The translations under genes and the position numbers were made by a program. A stretch of 63,310 bases of DNA, counting the filler. It is 6 parts of 6 records of this genome, joined end to end, with 100 filler letters (N's around TTAATTAATTAA, not from the genome) between each part and the next. Parts side by side here need not be neighbours in the genome. Positions count along the whole stretch, not along the records: positions 58,014 to 63,310 come from SRR31156797_7606; 5 more parts are not named here. One strand, 5' to 3'. Positions 58,927-63,310 of this stretch are shown here, piece after piece. The notes under the pieces were generated by a model. The model searched no databases and was not told the origin of the DNA. It saw only the letters and a list, made by a program, of their open reading frames with translations. Position 1 is the first letter of the stretch; each line of letters begins with the position of its first letter.

Positions 58927-61590
58927 CTAAAACAGCGACATTTGGTTCGGATCTTCTTCATCTTTCTCAGGTCGCTTTATTTCGAATGGAATGTCGTCAG
59001 AATTATCGTCAGAAATGTCTTCGATAATTTCTTCCGTTTCAGGTTTATCATCTTCGTCTTTAATAACAGGTTCCAGCTCTTTAATGTTGTCGACCTGGTA
59101 ATTCGATAACCGTTTCCCCTTTGCTTTCCACGATTTCACCCCAATGAATTCAGCAATCTCGATTATTTCATTTTCCCGCTCCGAGTTTTTTCCACCAAAT
59201 TCAAGTTCAAGACGAGGGTAACGTACCCAGGTAACGCTAACCAGTTTATTATCCAGGTTTTCACCAATAAACCGATATAGTTTACCTTCAACCTCTTCTA
59301 TTTCAAATCGTTTTACGTAATAATATTGAACTTCGGCATCGAAATATACAACCGACAATACGATTGAAGGATCGAATTTCCCGATAAATAAAATGTCATC
59401 AATAAAATGATTGCTTAAATCGTAATTATAGAGTTGATAATCACCTTTTTTGTATAAAACGAGAATTTTGTCTTCGCCCGAGAATTCGCCTAAATATTTT
59501 CCACGTTTATCTGCATTTAATCGAAGCACATCTTCGTCGAACCATATTTTGCGACCTCCTAAGGTTGAAACTCCTTTCTCTTTAAGATTTATTTTATGAA
59601 CATCGTATTTGGTTAAGATATTTCCCATCGATTGCCGGCCTTTAATCGCGAGCTCTCCCAGGTCTTCTTCAAAAATGAGTTTTTTAATTCGTGGTTTAGG
59701 TTTTAAAACAATTTTCAAAACTTCAGCCTCACCGTTGGGATTTGCCGAGAAATATGCAATTCTTGACCCTTTTGTTCCCTGCGTAATATTGTACTCTTTA
59801 TCGCGGGTTACTCCAGTTACGAAAAATCGTTTCATATAAAAGAAACTGCTTTTTCCGTCTTTATATACCACATTATAAATGGTGCGTTTATCGTTCTTTT
59901 TGAATACCGCAATGTGAAGCGGATTTTTATCGATAAATGCTTTGTCAGACACTTTAGTAATGAAGTAAGAACCATCGCGCCTGAACACTATAATATCGTC
60001 GATGTCGGAACAGTTGCAGACAAACTCTGCTTTTTTTAATCCGGTTCCCATAAAACCTTCTTTCCGGTCGATAAATAATTTTTCGTTTTTCACCACCACT
60101 TTCGAGGCAACAATATTTTCGAAATTTCGTATCTCAGTCTTTCTGTCGCGCCCCTTTCCAAATTTATTTTTTAAGTGGCTGAACCATTTTATGGTGTATG
60201 GAATAATATTTTCGATGTTGTTTACCACTTCGGCAATTTCATCTTCAATGGCCTGGAGATGATCTTGTGCTTTGTCTTTGTTGAATTTCAGGATTCGTGC
60301 CATCCTGATTTCCATTAATTTTAAAATATCTTCGCGTGTAATATCACGTTTTAATTTGGGTTTCCATGGGTCAAGCCGTTTGTCGATATGAGCAACAGCC
60401 TGATCCATATTTTCTGAATCTTCAAATTTTTTGTCTTTATAAATTCGCTCTTCAATAAAAATTTTCTCCAAAGAAGAATAATGCCAGGCTTCTTCGAGCT
60501 CGGCCTTTTTTATTTCCAGCTCCAGCTTTAGCAAATCACGGGTACTTTCCGCCGATCGTTTTAAAATTTCTTTGACACCTATAAAAATAGGTTTGTCGTT
60601 TTCAATTATACATGAGTTTGGCGAAAGAGAAACTTCACAATCAGTAAAAGCATATAAAGCATCAATGGTTTTATCGGAAGAAACACCGCTGGCTAAATGA
60701 ACAAGGATTTCAACATTTTCAGCAGTATTATCGTCAATTTTTTTAATTTTTATTTTACCCTTATCGTTCGCTTTAATAATAGAATCGATAAGCGTGCTTG
60801 TTGTTTTTCCGTATGGTATTTCACTTATTACCAGTGTTTTGTTGTCGCGTTTTTCAATTTTAGCCCGAACCTTAATTGTACCACCGCGTAATCCATCGTT
60901 GTACTTACTAAAATCGGCCATTCCCCCTGTAGGAAAATCGGGAACCAGTTCAAAATCTTTATTTTTCAGGAATGCAATTGAAGCATTTATTAATTCTACA
61001 AAATTATGTGGGAACAATTTTGAAGCAAGACCAACTGCAATTCCATCTACTCCCTGTGCCAGCAAAAGAGGAAATTTTACGGGCAGCGTAACCGGCTCTC
61101 TTTTTCGTCCATCGTAAGAAAGTTTCCAAATGGTAGTTTTTGGATTAAACAACACTTCGAGGGCAAATTTCGAAAGCCTGGCTTCGATATAACGTGGTGC
61201 TGCAGAACCGTCGCCGGTAAGAATATTACCCCAGTTTCCCTGGGTGTCAATTAATAGTTCTTTTTGTCCGAGCTGAACAGTGGCATCGCCGATAGATGCA
61301 TCTCCATGCGGATGATACTGCATGGTTTGCCCGATAATGTTGGCCACTTTATTGTACCGGCCGTCGTCCATCTCGCGCATGGCGTGCATAATTCGCCTTT
61401 GCACAGGTTTTAATCCGTCGTTGATGTATGGAACCGCACGTTCCAGGATTACATACGATGCGTAGTCGAGAAACCAGTTACGGTACATCCCCGATAGATA
61501 TGTAACTTCTTCTTTTATTCCTTCGTCCTTTATTTCTTCCTGATTTAAATTCTCTTCAGACATTCCCTCTGCTTCAACATTTTCTGCCAT
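58927..61590 (-). CDS. parC: DNA topoisomerase IV subunit A (Bacteroidota type)
   Basis: DGLKPVQRR, YHPHGDAS, AAPRYIE; follows a topoisomerase B-subunit gene. Confidence 0.92.
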   Translation of the reverse strand: MAENVEAEGMSEENLNQEEIKDEGIKEEVTYLSGMYRNWFLDYASYVILERAVPYINDGLKPVQRRIMHAMREMDDGRYNKVANIIGQTMQYHPHGDASIGDATVQLGQKELLIDTQGNWGNILTGDGSAAPRYIEARLSKFALEVLFNPKTTIWKLSYDGRKREPVTLPVKFPLLLAQGVDGIAVGLASKLFPHNFVELINASIAFLKNKDFELVPDFPTGGMADFSKYNDGLRGGTIKVRAKIEKRDNKTLVISEIPYGKTTSTLIDSIIKANDKGKIKIKKIDDNTAENVEILVHLASGVSSDKTIDALYAFTDCEVSLSPNSCIIENDKPIFIGVKEILKRSAESTRDLLKLELEIKKAELEEAWHYSSLEKIFIEERIYKDKKFEDSENMDQAVAHIDKRLDPWKPKLKRDITREDILKLMEIRMARILKFNKDKAQDHLQAIEDEIAEVVNNIENIIPYTIKWFSHLKNKFGKGRDRKTEIRNFENIVASKVVVKNEKLFIDRKEGFMGTGLKKAEFVCNCSDIDDIIVFRRDGSYFITKVSDKAFIDKNPLHIAVFKKNDKRTIYNVVYKDGKSSFFYMKRFFVTGVTRDKEYNITQGTKGSRIAYFSANPNGEAEVLKIVLKPKPRIKKLIFEEDLGELAIKGRQSMGNILTKYDVHKINLKEKGVSTLGGRKIWFDEDVLRLNADKRGKYLGEFSGEDKILVLYKKGDYQLYNYDLSNHFIDDILFIGKFDPSIVLSVVYFDAEVQYYYVKRFEIEEVEGKLYRFIGENLDNKLVSVTWVRYPRLELEFGGKNSERENEIIEIAEFIGVKSWKAKGKRLSNYQVDNIKELEPVIKDEDDKPETEEIIEDISDDNSDDIPFEIKRPEKDEEDPNQMSLF

Positions 61591-61619
61591 TGATGCGGCG
61601 ATTTAATTTTATTGTGATT

Positions 61620-63310
61620 TTATGCTACTTCGTCCTTTTCTACATATAAATTATCGATGATAAACTCTTGCCTGTTGGGTGTGTTTTTACCCATGTAAAA
61701 TTCGAGCATTTGCGATACCGATTCGTGCTTTTTCAACATTACCGGATCTAATCGTATATCTTTCCCGATAAAATGTTTGAATTCATCCGGAGAGATTTCA
61801 CCTAATCCTTTAAATCGGGTAATTTCCGGTTTCCCTTTCAATTTTTTTATTGCTTTTAACCGTTCTTCATCGGAATAGCAATAATATGTTTTTTGCTTGT
61901 TTCTTACTCTGAAAAGCGGCGTCTGCAAAATGTAAACATGTCCTTTTCTGATGAGTTCCGGGAAAAATTGAAGAAAAAAAGTAATAAGTAATAAACGAAT
62001 ATGCATGCCATCTACATCGGCATCGGTTGCAATTATTACCTTGTTGTACCTCAGGTCTTCCATGCTTTCCTCAATATTAAGAGCAGCCTGAAGCAGATTG
62101 AATTCTTCGTTTTCGTATACTACTTTTTTGGTCAGTCCGTATGTGTTCAGTGGTTTTCCTTTTAAGCTGAAAACAGCCTGGGTGTTTACATCTCTCGATT
62201 TTGTAATGGAGCCACTTGCAGAATCTCCCTCGGTTATAAAAATACTTGATTCTTCATTTCTTTCATTTTTATTGTTGAAATGAATCCGGCAATCGCGTAA
62301 TTTTTTATTGTGGAGATTTGCTTTTTTTGCTCGCTGTTTAGCCAATTTTTTTATTCCCGAAATGGCTTTTCTTTCCCTTTCCGATTCAACAATTCTTTTT
62401 AAAAGAAAATCTGCTGTTTCCTGGTTTTTATGAAGGTAATTATCCAGTTCTTTTTGTAGGAAATTTCCAACATGGGCACGAACCGAAGGGCCATCGGGAG
62501 CAATATCTTTAGAGCCAAGTTTTGTTTTGGTTTGCGATTCAAAAACGGGTTCTTCCACCTTAATACTTATTGCAGCTACAATTGATGCCCGGATGTCGGA
62601 AGGATCAAAATCTTTTTTGTAATAATCGCGAATGGTTTTTACCAGTACCTCGCGAAAAGCCTGAAGGTGTGTTCCTCCCTGAGTTGTGTGCTGCCCGTTT
62701 ACAAAAGAATAATAATCTTCACCGTACTGATTTCCATGGGTAATTGCAATCTCAATATCTTCTCCCCTTAAATGTACAATCGGGTATATTGGATCATGAT
62801 CCATGTTCTCTTCAAGTAAATCACGCAATCCGTTTCGTGAATAAAACTTCTCGCCATTAAATTCAATGGTAAGCCCGGCATTCAGGAATGTGTAGTTTTT
62901 TAGCATATTAACAATGTAATCGCTAATAAACCGGTATTTTTTAAATACCGTGATGTCGGGTTCAAAAATTACCTGTGTGCCGTTTGGCTCGTCTACTCCT
63001 TTAAAGTCCTTTTCATCGGTAATTACACCCTGGCTAAAATATACTTCTTTGGAAACACCTTCACGAAAAGCCTTAATGCAAAAATTCGATGATAAGGCGT
63101 TTACTGCTTTAATACCAACACCGTTAAGTCCCACCGATTTTTTAAATACTTTGGAGTCGTATTTGGCACCGGTATTCATTTTGCTAGCTACATCTACCAG
63201 TTTCCCTAAAGGAATTCCCCGGCCGAAATCGCGAACCATTACTTTGTCCTGATCGATTTCAACCAATATTTTTTTACCAAATCCCATCATAAATTCATCG
63301 ATGGAATTAT
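61620..63310 (-). CDS. parE: DNA topoisomerase IV subunit B (5' truncated by window)
   Basis: [39 protein letters not shown]. Confidence 0.92.
   Translation of the reverse strand, partial: NSIDEFMMGFGKKILVEIDQDKVMVRDFGRGIPLGKLVDVASKMNTGAKYDSKVFKKSVGLNGVGIKAVNALSSNFCIKAFREGVSKEVYFSQGVITDEKDFKGVDEPNGTQVIFEPDITVFKKYRFISDYIVNMLKNYTFLNAGLTIEFNGEKFYSRNGLRDLLEENMDHDPIYPIVHLRGEDIEIAITHGNQYGEDYYSFVNGQHTTQGGTHLQAFREVLVKTIRDYYKKDFDPSDIRASIVAAISIKVEEPVFESQTKTKLGSKDIAPDGPSVRAHVGNFLQKELDNYLHKNQETADFLLKRIVESERERKAISGIKKLAKQRAKKANLHNKKLRDCRIHFNNKNERNEESSIFITEGDSASGSITKSRDVNTQAVFSLKGKPLNTYGLTKKVVYENEEFNLLQAALNIEESMEDLRYNKVIIATDADVDGMHIRLLLITFFLQFFPELIRKGHVYILQTPLFRVRNKQKTYYCYSDEERLKAIKKLKGKPEITRFKGLGEISPDEFKHFIGKDIRLDPVMLKKHESVSQMLEFYMGKNTPNRQEFIIDNLYVEKDEVA

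Noticed and set aside
1..63310. CRISPR arrays, integrases, transposases, prophage or defence genes; many short overlapping antisense ORFs in the track
   Set aside because: No regularly spaced repeat-spacer array and no such genes were found. The short ORFs are shadow frames of well-supported genes.

Overview
This window is not one locus. It is six unrelated metagenomic contigs joined by artificial 100-nt N spacers that carry the all-frame stop linker TTAATTAATTAA. (1) 1-9324, low-GC Clostridia-like: WYL regulator with a flavin-fold/Cys-cluster fusion gene, HAD hydrolase, dCMP deaminase, rlmH, a membrane protein, a lipoprotein, a Cys/Arg-rich protein behind a sigma-K-like promoter, a GNAT and a partial tRNA-Ser. 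(2) 9425-18564, Bacteroidota-like: hcp, an Fe-S protein, an HcpR-type Crp/Fnr regulator with its operator, and an M16 peptidase pair. (3) 18665-32911, Desulfobulbales-like: glutamate-synthase-related fragment, ATPase-like/XRE/cupin regulator, FapA, a cobalamin riboswitch controlling a MATE plus Nik/Opp-type ABC operon, and a frameshifted ArsR/SmtB gene with a His-rich permease. (4) 33012-46904, higher GC, probably Desulfobacterota: a corrinoid methyl-transfer cluster (GntR plus corrinoid protein, divergent from COG0523 GTPase, His-tailed partner, corrinoid protein, UROD-fold methyltransferase and MeTHF methyltransferase), two hybrid PAS kinases and an MCP. (5) 47005-57913, sulfate-reducer type: aprBA, ftsK, nusB-ribH-ribBA-ribE, TPR/HEAT genes, ribF and a partial tRNA-Leu. 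(6) 58014-63310, Bacteroidota-like: aroK, parC, parE. The best candidates for under-described systems are the B12-riboswitch MATE/ABC operon and the GntR/corrinoid/metallochaperone methyltransferase cluster. Also notable are an in-frame repeat-element insertion in the Fe-S gene and the Cys-rich putative spore protein. Taxonomy and family names come from recognising sequence by eye; no database search was run.
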